Shown: piece by piece, positions 46,122 through 55,367 of the stretch
How the letters are laid out: the number at the start of each line of letters is the position of its first letter
How positions within the stretch are numbered: position 1 is the first letter of the stretch
Assembly: GCA_036012755.1 (NCBI GenBank)
Contig: DASCPX010000183.1
Coordinates: forward strand, 1 to 64,000
From: Myxococcota bacterium
GTDB taxonomy: Bacteria; Myxococcota_A; UBA796; CAJQPC01
Reading direction: 5' to 3'
DNA length: 64,000 nucleotides
Translations under genes and position numbers: made by a program
The notes under the pieces: generated by a model
Database searches by the model: none
Seen by the model: only the letters and a program-made list of their open reading frames with translations
Told to the model about the DNA's origin: nothing

Positions 46122-47105
46122 ATGCCGCGTCCGCGTGCTCTCACGGGCATCCAGCCATCCGGGATCCCGCACGTCGGGAACCTCAAGGGCATGATCGAGC
46201 CGGCCCTGTCCCTCCAGGAGACCCACGAGCCCTTCTACTTCATCGCCAGCTACCACGCCCTGACGACCCTCAAGGACCCCCGGCTCCTTCGCGAGTACCA
46301 GCGCGAGGCGGCCATGTCGTTCATGGCCTTCGGCCTGGACCCGGGCGTCACCGCGTTGTTCCTGCAGCAGGACGTGCCAGAGGTCTGCGAGCTCGGTTGG
46401 ATTCTGGGCTGCCACGTGAACACAGGAGTGCTCGAGCGCGCACATGCATACAAAGCGGCGCGGGATGCGGGCCGCGAGATCAACCTCGGGACCTTCAGCT
46501 ACCCCGTGCTCATGGCAGCGGACATCCTCATCTACGACTCCCACCATGTCCCCGTCGGCAAGGACCAGAAGCAGCACGTGGAGATGGCGCGGGACATGGC
46601 CGCGGGCTTCAACCACCGCTACGGCGCGGATGTCTTCGTCCTTCCGGAGCCGCTCATCCGCGAAGAGGTCGCGACGGTCCCTGGAGTCGACGGGCGCAAG
46701 ATGTCCAAGTCCTACGACAACACGCTGCCGCTGTTCCTCCCGCCGAAGGAGCTGCGCAAGCGCATCATGAAGATCGTCACCGACAGCAAGGGTGTCGAAG
46801 AGGCGAAGGACCCGGAGACCTGCAACGTCTTCGGGCTCTACCAACTCTTCGCGACGACGGAGGAGCAGGAAGCCCTCGCGATCCGCTATCGCGCCGGAGG
46901 CATGGGGTACGGGCAGGCCAAGCAGGAGCTCTTCGAGGTCATGGACCGCTCCCTCGCCGAACCCCGTGAGCGCTACGGTGCTCTCTGTTCTGATCCGTCG
47001 ACGGTGGATCGGGTGCTCGCCCAAGGGGCCGAAAAAGCGAGATTCATTGCCCAGCAGACCTTGGCGCGCGTCCGTGGGGCCGTAGGTTTGGGGTCCGCGC
47101 GTTAA
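46122..47105 (+). CDS. trpS: Tryptophan--tRNA ligase
   Basis: TGIQPSG.PHVGN, YPVLMAADIL, VPVGKDQKQH, KMSKSY; RBS GGAGG. Confidence 0.96.
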   Translation: MPRPRALTGIQPSGIPHVGNLKGMIEPALSLQETHEPFYFIASYHALTTLKDPRLLREYQREAAMSFMAFGLDPGVTALFLQQDVPEVCELGWILGCHVNTGVLERAHAYKAARDAGREINLGTFSYPVLMAADILIYDSHHVPVGKDQKQHVEMARDMAAGFNHRYGADVFVLPEPLIREEVATVPGVDGRKMSKSYDNTLPLFLPPKELRKRIMKIVTDSKGVEEAKDPETCNVFGLYQLFATTEEQEALAIRYRAGGMGYGQAKQELFEVMDRSLAEPRERYGALCSDPSTVDRVLAQGAEKARFIAQQTLARVRGAVGLGSAR

Positions 47106-47110
47106 TTCGG

Positions 47111-47148
47111 TGTCAGGGGACTGTCAGCTGATTGACGCGGTCTTGACA
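47111..47148. promoter_or_regulatory. Four TGTCA-type half-sites at 11-bp phase (two direct, two inverted), Pho-box-like operator
   Basis: TGTCA 47111 and 47122; TGACG 47133; TGACA 47144. Confidence 0.55.
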
Positions 47149-47279
47149 AACAGTTCGGGCAGGTGGCTGTAGAACCCCTCCGGAACGCCTCCACCCTGGG
47201 AACCTAATGCACCACCCCCGGGCTCAGACGAACAAAACCCCCAGAACGGTTGTCCCATGTCGGGACCTCAGGAGACTCG

Positions 47280-48353
47280 ATGCCTTCGTATCGACCCGAA
47301 TCCTTTGACGAAGAAAACCCCTTCCAGCAGCGGAGCACGGGTCGCGGTGAGCGGCTGAGCGCCGAGGAAGAGAAGGACATGGCGCGCCGGATCCGCGTCG
47401 CCGAGGATGCAGCCCGGGACGCCATCATCGACATTCCCGACGCGCGCGCCATCATCGGTCGCCGTCCGGACCGTGCCGAGCGCACTCGAGCCGGCGCCGT
47501 CAGCCGCCTGGAAGAGGCCGTCATGGCGACCTGTGCCCAGGCCAAGACCAACCGGGAGTTCCGGCAGCCGGCCCGCAAGGCCTCGGGCGCCTGGCAGGCC
47601 GCCGAGAACCTCCGCTGGCGCCTCGCGATGTCCGGCCGCCGGATCGCCCATGGAGAGGCCCGCAAGCTTGCCGGGCCGTTCATGGACGAAGAGGACCTGG
47701 TCCAGGAGGGCTACATCGGCCTCCTCCGCGCCGCCAAGCGCTTCGACCCCGACCGTGGCATTCGCTTCAGCACCTACGCGCGCTGGTGGGTCAGGGCACA
47801 GATGACCCGCGCCATCGACCACACGGGCCGCCCTGTGCGCCTCCCCGGGTGTGCCGTCGAGCAGACCCGCAACCTCCGCAAGGCCATGAAGCGCTTCGAG
47901 TCCGGCGGCGTGGAATACAACGTCCAGGATCTCGCGGAAGAGGTCGGCATCGACAAGGAGCGCGCGGAGCTCCTCCTGTCCCAGGGCAACACGATCTCGC
48001 TCGAGCAGCCGGTGGACGACGGACCCCGCCCCAGGCCGCTGGAGCGCTTCCTCTCGGACGACGACGCCCCGCCGCCCGATGGCGAGGCCATCCAGTCCCA
48101 GGAGCTCGCGCGGATGCACACCGCCTTCGCCGCCGTGCTCTCCGATCGCCAGCGCTTCGTCCTGACCCGTCGGTACGGGCTCGACGACGGCGAGTTCCGC
48201 ACCCTGTCAGAGGTCGGCAAGGAGATGGGGCTTTCCCGCGAGCGCGTCCGCCAGATCGAGCGCGAAGCCCTCATCAGGCTGCGCGACCACAGCGGCATTC
48301 GGGACAACCCCTTCTTCCTCCGCCAGCTCGCGCGGGTCGCCGCCCAGGCATAG
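47280..48353 (+). CDS. Sigma-70 family RNA polymerase sigma factor (RpoD/RpoS-like, no region 1.1)
   Basis: LSAEEE, DLVQEGYIGLLRAAKRFDPDRGIRFSTYARWW, TLSEVG..GLSRERVRQIE; RBS AGGAG. Confidence 0.93.
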   Translation: MPSYRPESFDEENPFQQRSTGRGERLSAEEEKDMARRIRVAEDAARDAIIDIPDARAIIGRRPDRAERTRAGAVSRLEEAVMATCAQAKTNREFRQPARKASGAWQAAENLRWRLAMSGRRIAHGEARKLAGPFMDEEDLVQEGYIGLLRAAKRFDPDRGIRFSTYARWWVRAQMTRAIDHTGRPVRLPGCAVEQTRNLRKAMKRFESGGVEYNVQDLAEEVGIDKERAELLLSQGNTISLEQPVDDGPRPRPLERFLSDDDAPPPDGEAIQSQELARMHTAFAAVLSDRQRFVLTRRYGLDDGEFRTLSEVGKEMGLSRERVRQIEREALIRLRDHSGIRDNPFFLRQLARVAAQA

Positions 48354-48451
48354 CGGGCGGCCTCGGGGGCAGTTTTCTGGCACACAGAACCTCACGTACG
48401 CGTGAGGAATCCGCTTGCTCGTTGGTTCCGCGTCGCTATTATGGTTGACCT

Positions 48452-49093
48452 ATGAGTACGCGCATTCCCGACCTCGACCTCGTCAGGGCCTACCTCGACG
48501 AAGATGACATCCAGGCCTTCGAGCTCATCTACAAGCGCTACGCGAACGACGTCTACAGGGCGATGTCCCGGGCCCTTTCGGGCTTCTCCTTCGCAGAGGT
48601 CGACGAGTTCAGCCAGGAGCTCTGGGCCCGTGGTCGCGCGCTGCTCGAGCCCTATGACCCGGAGCGCGGCACCCTGCGCACCTACCTGGTCGTGCAGGCC
48701 ACCTGGGGTGCTCGCTCGGCGGAGGCCAAGCGCATGCGGCGCCACGCCAGCCGCCGCGCCGCCCAACTCCCTGCCACTGGCCAGGATCCCGCGGCGATGC
48801 GCTGCATGAGCGCCTGGTCCCTCGAGAACGCGGACGGCGCTGTCGCGCGCATGGGCGGAAACGGAGCCCGCAAGGCTGGCGCCACCCGCGCGGTGCGCAC
48901 CTACCTCGCCCAGAACACCGATCGTCCCGCCCAGGTGCTCGAGGCCTGGCTGGAAGGCCGCACCGGCCGTGACATCGCGCAGGAGCTGGGTGTCCACCCG
49001 GCGCAGATCAGCCGCGACCTCGCCCGCGCCCGCTCCAGGATGGAGGGCTTCCTCCCGGCCCGCCCCCGGCTGGCCGCCCCGAGCGACGACTAG
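48452..49093 (+). CDS. Divergent ECF-like sigma factor
   Basis: D.QAFELIYKRY, QELW, YDPERGTLRTYL (region 2); DIAQELGV.....RDLARAR (region 4 HTH). Confidence 0.7.
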   Translation: MSTRIPDLDLVRAYLDEDDIQAFELIYKRYANDVYRAMSRALSGFSFAEVDEFSQELWARGRALLEPYDPERGTLRTYLVVQATWGARSAEAKRMRRHASRRAAQLPATGQDPAAMRCMSAWSLENADGAVARMGGNGARKAGATRAVRTYLAQNTDRPAQVLEAWLEGRTGRDIAQELGVHPAQISRDLARARSRMEGFLPARPRLAAPSDD

Positions 49094-49205
49094 CGCCCCT
49101 CGGCAGAAGTCGCGATGCGCCTTCCACCGGCGCCTTCGGCGCGCGGCGCGGCGCATCGTTCACCCCGTCGCAGCCCGACTGCGTCGGAACTCGTGCCGGA
49201 GAGAA

Positions 49206-49913
49206 CTAGCGCTTCTGCTTCAAGGCATGGGCCGCCCGGCGGCGCCGGCCCAGGTCCGAGACCTCCTTGACGGCGTCTAGCTGATCGAGCACGTCGTCGA
49301 CCTCGTCGATGGCCAGATCGGCCGTGACGCGGGTCGAGGCCACGTGCAGCGTGCGCACCGTCTCGATGAGGTCCTCCACCTCCTCCTCGTCCTCCGCGTT
49401 TCCAAGAGGCACTCGGAGCAAGGCCGAGCGGAAGGCCTCGCGGATCCGGCGGGCGGCCTCGACCACGCGCGGGTTCTCGTGGCGGGCCAACTCGTCGAGC
49501 AGGGTCAGCGCCGCCTGCTGGCGGGTGTCGCCAGGTGCGATCTGCGAGGTGGCGGGCGGTGCGATCTGCGAGGTGGCGGGCGGTGCGATCTTCTTGACCT
49601 GCTCCGTCGTGAACAGGATGCGGTCTCCCTCCCAGGCCGTGCAGTGCATCGTGAAGCCGTTGTAGGAGACGACCTGGATCCTGAGCGTGCGGCCCGAGAC
49701 GACCACCTGGTGGATCGCCTCGGTGACGTAGTTGCCGCCGATCCGAGTCGTGTCCTGGACGACGCCGCTGACGGCGACGGTCTCCCGCAGGCCGTAGTTC
49801 CGGATCTTGATCGTGCTGCCGGCGAACTCGAACTCCCAGCTGTGGAAGGGGATGACCCACATCAGCGTCGGCAGCACACCGAGCAGGAAGACGAGCAGGG
49901 CTAGGACCTCCAT
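49206..49913 (-). CDS. Membrane-anchored hypothetical protein
   Basis: N-terminal TM; TGATG-coupled to dipeptidase; 24-bp tandem repeat 49534-49591 (IAPPATSQ). Confidence 0.7.
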   Translation of the reverse strand: MEVLALLVFLLGVLPTLMWVIPFHSWEFEFAGSTIKIRNYGLRETVAVSGVVQDTTRIGGNYVTEAIHQVVVSGRTLRIQVVSYNGFTMHCTAWEGDRILFTTEQVKKIAPPATSQIAPPATSQIAPGDTRQQAALTLLDELARHENPRVVEAARRIREAFRSALLRVPLGNAEDEEEVEDLIETVRTLHVASTRVTADLAIDEVDDVLDQLDAVKEVSDLGRRRRAAHALKQKR

Positions 49914-50914
49914 CAGCCGGCGACCTCCGTGAGCACGCGCAGGAAGTTCCCTCCCCAGCAGGCAAGGATCTCGGGCGCCGTCCATCCCCGCTCGAGCAGG
50001 GCCTGGGTCAACAGCGGCAGCTTGTCGGCGCCGTCGAGGTCGCGAGGGTAGAGGCTCCAGCCCTCCCAGTCGCTGCCGATGGCGCAGTGCTCGACGCCGA
50101 CCACGTCGCGGATGTGGGTGAGGTGGTCGACGACCGCGGCCAGGCCGCCTGGGCCGATGAAGGGCGTGACGAAGATCACACCGATGACACCGCCGGTGTC
50201 CGCGATAGCGCGCAGCTGGGAGTCGTCGAGTCCGCGCGGGCTGTGGTGGACGCTGTTGCAGGCGGTGTGGGAAGCGATGACCGGGGCCCGGGTCCGCTCG
50301 CAGAGCTCGAGCAGCCCCGCTCGGTTCAAGTGCGCGACGTCGATGACCATCTGCAAGCGGTTCAGCTCGTCGACGAGGTCACGACCGTAGTCCGTCAGGC
50401 CAGCCTTCGGGTCCTGACCCCAGCCGACCATCGGCTTGCAGGCCTCGTTCTCGCTGAAGTGGGCGAAGCCGACGTAGCGCATGCCGCGGTCGCGGTAGTG
50501 GGAGAGCTTCCCGAGCGAACCGACCAGTCCGTGGGCGCCCTCCAGGCCCGCGAAGCAGGCGATGCGACCAGCCTCGCAGGAGGCACGGATCGTCGCGCTG
50601 GTCGTGGCCAGCTCGAGGTCGTCGGGGTGGGCGGCGAGCTTGGCGTGCATCCGGTCGAGCATGCGCTCGATCTTCGTGGGGCCGCGGCGGCCCGCCAGGG
50701 GGGAGACCACCACACCCAGGGCCAGGCAGCCGACGTTGCCGGCGCGCAGACGAGGCAGGTCGACGTGCCCCATCAGGGCGGCGCCCGGGAGCAGGTTCGG
50801 GCGGTGCTCCCGAGCCCAGTTCCACGCGAGGAAGGTGGTCGTGAGCAGGACGTCGCAGTGGAGATCGATGATCAGCGCCTGCTCGTGGATCGCCCGGGCC
50901 TCTTCGCTGATCAC
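49913..50914 (-). CDS. Membrane/renal dipeptidase family (peptidase M19)
   Basis: IIDLHCD, GHVDLPRL, GLEGAH, IDVAH, IASH, IGSDWEG, GGNFLRVL; GTGA overlap. Confidence 0.9.
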   Translation of the reverse strand: MISEEARAIHEQALIIDLHCDVLLTTTFLAWNWAREHRPNLLPGAALMGHVDLPRLRAGNVGCLALGVVVSPLAGRRGPTKIERMLDRMHAKLAAHPDDLELATTSATIRASCEAGRIACFAGLEGAHGLVGSLGKLSHYRDRGMRYVGFAHFSENEACKPMVGWGQDPKAGLTDYGRDLVDELNRLQMVIDVAHLNRAGLLELCERTRAPVIASHTACNSVHHSPRGLDDSQLRAIADTGGVIGVIFVTPFIGPGGLAAVVDHLTHIRDVVGVEHCAIGSDWEGWSLYPRDLDGADKLPLLTQALLERGWTAPEILACWGGNFLRVLTEVAG

Positions 50915-51819
50915 AGGAGCCTCCCGACCACGTCGACACCTTCCCAGCTCCCGTTGTCGACAGGTCGCTGGAGCTGGCCCGGGGCGCAGAGGGTGTGGAA
51001 GCCCACGGGCTCGACGTCGGTCGCACAGGCTCCGAGCGGGAGACCCTCCAGGATGGCGAGATCGTCCAGCGTCGCGATGGCGTGGACCGGCAGCATGCGG
51101 GGCAGGGGCGCCGGCGCGAGGAACTCCAGCGGCAACAGCGGGACCGCCCACTCGTTGCCGCTCCAGCAGCGCCCGCGGACCCGCCCGAGCCCGCAGCGTC
51201 GGCGCCACTCGGGGCCGACGGCCGGGTCGACCTCGCCGCGCGGCATGCTGATCGCGAGCTCGCGAAGGGCCTGGGCGACGCGCATCGCGAGGCGCTCGGC
51301 GTCCCCGAGGCAGAAGATCGCGGCGGGGCTGCGGCACCCCGCCCCGTCGTAGAGCGCCGCGTCCTCTGCCAGGGCTCGCGCGGTCGCATTGGAGATGTCC
51401 TCTACGACGGCGAAGCTGACCCGGTGGCCGAAGAGGGCCTTCGGACCAGCGAAGGCGCTCTCGAGGGTGGACATCGCCGCGTCGGCGCCAAAGGCGAGGA
51501 GGGCGTCGACCTGCTCCAGCAGGGTGAGATCGTGGCCCTCGACGCAGCGGACGCCGTAGGCCTCTGCGATGGCGCGAGTCGCCTCGGGCCTGCGGGACGG
51601 GGCCTTGAGCACCACCTCGCAGCCGAGCCTGGTGAAGCGGTCGACCCAGCGCAGAGGCGCGGTGAAGACGTTCTGCGCGCACCAGATGGCCACCCTGCGT
51701 GCGCTGCCGCTTCGCGTGGTCGCCGTCGAGATGCACTCCAACTCGACGCGCAGTGCCTCTCGGGCGCCCTCCTCCGAGAGGCCGGTGTTCCAGGTCGCGG
51801 GGTCGCCGAGAGCTCTCAC
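50911..51819 (-). CDS. luxC: LuxC-like acyl-CoA/acyl-protein reductase (compact)
   Basis: LKAPS, AFGADA, FGHRVSFAVV, DAALYDGAGCRSP catalytic Cys motif, PGQLQRP. Confidence 0.72.
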   Translation of the reverse strand: MRALGDPATWNTGLSEEGAREALRVELECISTATTRSGSARRVAIWCAQNVFTAPLRWVDRFTRLGCEVVLKAPSRRPEATRAIAEAYGVRCVEGHDLTLLEQVDALLAFGADAAMSTLESAFAGPKALFGHRVSFAVVEDISNATARALAEDAALYDGAGCRSPAAIFCLGDAERLAMRVAQALRELAISMPRGEVDPAVGPEWRRRCGLGRVRGRCWSGNEWAVPLLPLEFLAPAPLPRMLPVHAIATLDDLAILEGLPLGACATDVEPVGFHTLCAPGQLQRPVDNGSWEGVDVVGRLL

Positions 51820-52670
51820 TCGGCCGCCAGCGAGCAGCCTCGGGGCTCGGCTCTCTGAAGTCGGCCCTGGAGGAAGACGCGACCCCCGCGGACCTCGCCG
51901 AGATCTTCGGTCTCGATCGCGAGCAGGCTGCTCCAGTTCGCCAGGTCCACGAAGCGCAAGAGCCCGACTCCCTCCGTGGGCTCGCCGCTGAGCGGATCGA
52001 CCGCGTAGGGAACGAGCCAGCGGGGCGGAAGGTAGCCCTCACCGGGGGCACCCCACAGCTGGGAGGACAGCTCCGTCATGCCGTACTCGTCGATGCGCCG
52101 GAAGTGGGGCCCCAGGCCAGCGCGAAGGTCGAGGTGCTCCGGGGAGTCACCCTTGAAGCCACCCGTGACCATCACGACCGAGCCCGGCGGGAGCTCCATG
52201 ACAGGCAGCTCGGCGGCTCGGGACGCGGTGGTGGCGACGAACACCGGGCCCTCGCCTGAGGGGGCATCAGCGGTGGCGTCCGGGAAGAGCATTCGCATCA
52301 TGTGACCCAGGGAGCTGTCAGCTGCCCTCGGGCAGAGGTTCAGGGCTTGTGGGGGCGGGTCCGTCACGCAGGCCTCGAAGTGGAGACGCGCGGCCACATC
52401 GTAGGCCTCTGTGTCGGCCATCATGTGCACGCCCCGCTCCCCGGTCGTGCCGCTGGTGCGGAAGGTGACGCCCTGTCTCGAGGTGCAGAACACGAGCGCC
52501 CGGCAGAGTCGGACAGGCACCGCCGGGATCTCGTGGAGCGAGGTCGGCTCGACCCCCGCGGCGAAGTCCCGGTGGACCGGGGACACGGTGACCTGCCAGC
52601 GGAAGAGCTCCAGCGCGAAGGCCTCGACGTCGCCGCCGTGCCGGAGGAAGTCCAGGACACGAGCCCTCAC
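51816..52670 (-). CDS. luxE: LuxE-like acyl-protein synthetase
   Basis: ALELFRWQ, IPAVPV, FRTSGTTG, TGGFKG, EYGMTELSSQ, DLAN, TEDLG, GR..AEPRGCS. Confidence 0.82.
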   Translation of the reverse strand: MRARVLDFLRHGGDVEAFALELFRWQVTVSPVHRDFAAGVEPTSLHEIPAVPVRLCRALVFCTSRQGVTFRTSGTTGERGVHMMADTEAYDVAARLHFEACVTDPPPQALNLCPRAADSSLGHMMRMLFPDATADAPSGEGPVFVATTASRAAELPVMELPPGSVVMVTGGFKGDSPEHLDLRAGLGPHFRRIDEYGMTELSSQLWGAPGEGYLPPRWLVPYAVDPLSGEPTEGVGLLRFVDLANWSSLLAIETEDLGEVRGGRVFLQGRLQRAEPRGCSLAAE

Positions 52671-53908
52671 GACAGCTCTCCGAGGGCGCCCAGGAAGGCC
52701 TCGAGCTGCTCCTTGGTGACGGTCAGCGGTGGGGTCAGGGCCAGGACCTCGGCCTGCTCCCCGGCTGGCAGCGCGATGAACCCGCGCTCCAGCAGCCCGC
52801 GGCTCAGGGCCAGGCTGTCGGTGACCTCGAGACCCAGCAGGAGCCCGCGACCCCTGACCTGGCCGAAGCCGGCCAGCTCATCGGCGAACCAGCGCCCGAG
52901 CTCGGCAGCGCGCTGGGGAAGGGCCGTCTCGAGGATCACCTGGATGCAGGCCAGCGCCATCGCGCAGCCCGGGGGATGACCGAGGAAGGTCTGGGTGTGG
53001 AGCGCCTCGCCAGCGCTGGCGCCCCAGGCCTCCATGATCTCCCGGCGACCGACACAGGCCGAGATGGGCGCCCCTCCGGCCATGCCCTTGCCGAGGCAGA
53101 CGAGGTCGGGGAGGAGGCCCTCTGCCTGGAAGGCGAAGAGGCTGCCGGTGCGCCCGAAGCCCGTGTAGATCTCGTCGAGGATCAAGACGGCGCCTGCCTG
53201 ATCGCAGGCCTCGCGCAGGTCCCCGAGCCAGCCGGCCGGGGGCACGCGGATGCCGCCGCGTCCCTGGATCGGCTCGACGAGCACGGCGCCGGCGTCGCCG
53301 AGATCGATCGCCCCACCAAAGGGGGCGTGGCGCACGTGGTGGCCGAGCTGCTCCTCGAAGGGCGCGCGGAAGGAAGCTGACTTGTAGGCGGTGGCGGCGA
53401 GCGCACCGTAGGAGAGGCCGTGGTAGCCGCCGGAGAAGGCCAGCACGCCTGGGCGCCCGCTGGCGATGCGTGCCGTCTTCAGCGCCGCCTCCACCGCGTC
53501 GGAGCCAGAGGTCCCGAGGATGCTGTGGTCGAGCCCCGTGATCGCCGCGAGGCGCTCCAGGAGCTCGATGCGTCGCGGGTCCGGGAAGGCGTCTCCCATC
53601 GCGTGGGGAAGGCGCGAGAGCTGGGCTCGCCCCGCGGCGACGACCCGGGGGTGGCGGTGACCGACGCTGGCCGCGCCGAAGCCAGCGGTGAGGTCGACGA
53701 AGACGTTGCCGTCGACATCACGGACGTTGGCTCCCAGGGCCTCGTCCCAGACCATCGGATCGGTGTCGGCGGTGCCGAGGGTCGCAGCGCGACGGGCTCG
53801 CCGCGCCGTGATCGCGGGGCACTCCCGCCGGGCGAGCCGGTCCACCCAGGCGCGCGAAGTCGGGCCCGGGACCGCGGTCTTCAGCGCTGGCAGGGAGCGA
53901 CCGTCCAC
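52667..53908 (-). CDS. Class III PLP-dependent aminotransferase (GabT-like)
   Basis: DVDGNVFVDL, GHRHP, SGSDAVE, YHG, EPIQGRGG, DEIYTGFGRTG, LGKGMAGG. Confidence 0.92.
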   Translation of the reverse strand: MDGRSLPALKTAVPGPTSRAWVDRLARRECPAITARRARRAATLGTADTDPMVWDEALGANVRDVDGNVFVDLTAGFGAASVGHRHPRVVAAGRAQLSRLPHAMGDAFPDPRRIELLERLAAITGLDHSILGTSGSDAVEAALKTARIASGRPGVLAFSGGYHGLSYGALAATAYKSASFRAPFEEQLGHHVRHAPFGGAIDLGDAGAVLVEPIQGRGGIRVPPAGWLGDLREACDQAGAVLILDEIYTGFGRTGSLFAFQAEGLLPDLVCLGKGMAGGAPISACVGRREIMEAWGASAGEALHTQTFLGHPPGCAMALACIQVILETALPQRAAELGRWFADELAGFGQVRGRGLLLGLEVTDSLALSRGLLERGFIALPAGEQAEVLALTPPLTVTKEQLEAFLGALGELS

Positions 53909-53935
53909 CTCGGCCCTCTAACCCCAGGCAAGATA

Positions 53936-55366
53936 GTGGAGCGCGTGCTCCTCCCCATCCTGCTGGCCTGCACAGGTGGGCCGACGCTGGTCCAGCCCGA
54001 GGGCACCATCGTGCTGGACCTCGTCAACCCGACCCCGACCGACGCGTTCAGCGGCGTCGACGAGATCTCGATCGAGCTCCGCGTCGGCGGCGTCGTAGTG
54101 GCGTCGGAGACCTTCGGCGTCGACGAGCCGGCCGAGATTCCAGGCCTCGATGCCTTCGGCACAGGGCGCTTCCACGTCGCTGGGCTCTCCGGCGGCACCG
54201 TCATCAGCTATGGCCGCTCGCCAGAGATCCTGCTTGGACCCGACCAGGACCACAACGTCGCGATCACCTTCCTGCCGGTCAACCAGGTCCTTTCCATCGC
54301 GGACTCGATGGCCGAGCCCCGCTCGCAGCATGGCGCCGTCCGGCTCCCCGACAACCGCATCCTGCTGCTCGGCGGGGCCAATCCGAACCGGGACGCCAGC
54401 TACGACGACGTCGAGATCTACGACCCGAGCGAGGGCATCTTCAAGCCCACCGGGACCTACCTGCCGCTGTCGCTGTACGACGTCGAGCTGTCGTTCTCGA
54501 CGGACCGGACGATCTGGCTCAACGGAGGGCGGACGCTGTTGTCAGAGGGGCCGAAGGTGCAGGCCATTTTCTTCGAGTACGACCCGGTCACCGAGCAGAT
54601 AGAGATGGCCGCCGACATGAACGTGTCCCGGGCCGGTCACTGCTTCCACGAGTTCCGCGACGGCTTCGGCGCCGCCATGGGTGGGAACCGGGACACCCCC
54701 GCGATCGACTACCTGCGTCCGGACCCCGACACCGGCGAGTGGACCTGGTCAGAGGTCGTGATCAGCGGCCTGGACCAGACGGCGATGACGGGCTGCGCCG
54801 CGCTGCCCACCGGCGAGGTCTTCGTCCAGGGCCTCAGTGACGACTCCACCGGCCTCTTCGACTTCAGCGAGGACGCCGCCGCAGCCAACCCGAACATCTC
54901 TGACGCCTTCTACGCCGTCGAGAGCGGGACCTACGAGCTGCTCGACGGCGCGATGCTGATCCCCGTCTCCGATGAGCAGGTCTGGGTCGGCGGTGGGCGC
55001 ACCATCGGTGGCGTGTCCGACACCACCGGGCGCATCTTCGACGTCCCGACCCGCAGCTTCGTGGGTGGGGTGGATCCCTCTCGCGAGCGGGTCGACGGCC
55101 AGTGGGACGAGTGGATCGAGGATGGCTGGTACGCCCTGGGCTGCGGCTCGCCCGACGGCGACAACTCTCGCTCCCAGACCACGATCGAGCTCATCAACCT
55201 GCTCTCCGGCGAGCGCTACTCCTACGTCGAGGGGGACCGCAGCCGTCCAGGTTGTGAGCTGACGGTGCAAGCCGACGGCGCGATCCTCATCACCGGTGGC
55301 TTCGAGTCCGGCGGTGACGCCGAAGCGAGCGCCGCCGTGATGGTCCCCTACAACCCCCAGGAGTGA
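53936..55366 (+). CDS. Kelch-repeat lipoprotein
   Basis: LLPILLA-C; PRSQHGAVRLPDNRILLLGG..VEIYDP and related repeats; start 53936 or 53945. Confidence 0.8.
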   Translation: MERVLLPILLACTGGPTLVQPEGTIVLDLVNPTPTDAFSGVDEISIELRVGGVVVASETFGVDEPAEIPGLDAFGTGRFHVAGLSGGTVISYGRSPEILLGPDQDHNVAITFLPVNQVLSIADSMAEPRSQHGAVRLPDNRILLLGGANPNRDASYDDVEIYDPSEGIFKPTGTYLPLSLYDVELSFSTDRTIWLNGGRTLLSEGPKVQAIFFEYDPVTEQIEMAADMNVSRAGHCFHEFRDGFGAAMGGNRDTPAIDYLRPDPDTGEWTWSEVVISGLDQTAMTGCAALPTGEVFVQGLSDDSTGLFDFSEDAAAANPNISDAFYAVESGTYELLDGAMLIPVSDEQVWVGGGRTIGGVSDTTGRIFDVPTRSFVGGVDPSRERVDGQWDEWIEDGWYALGCGSPDGDNSRSQTTIELINLLSGERYSYVEGDRSRPGCELTVQADGAILITGGFESGGDAEASAAVMVPYNPQE

Positions 55367-55367
55367 G

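Noticed and set aside
47143..47175. Canonical sigma70 promoter from TTGACA
   Set aside because: No -10-like hexamer at 16-18 nt spacing; better explained as part of the phased box array
49534..49591. 24-bp and 27-bp (32657-32710) in-frame duplications as mobile-element scars
   Set aside because: Simple slippage duplications in Pro-rich linkers; no terminal repeats or transposase
50911..52670. Bioluminescence operon
   Set aside because: No luxA, luxB or luxD in the window; neighbours are an aminotransferase and a dipeptidase
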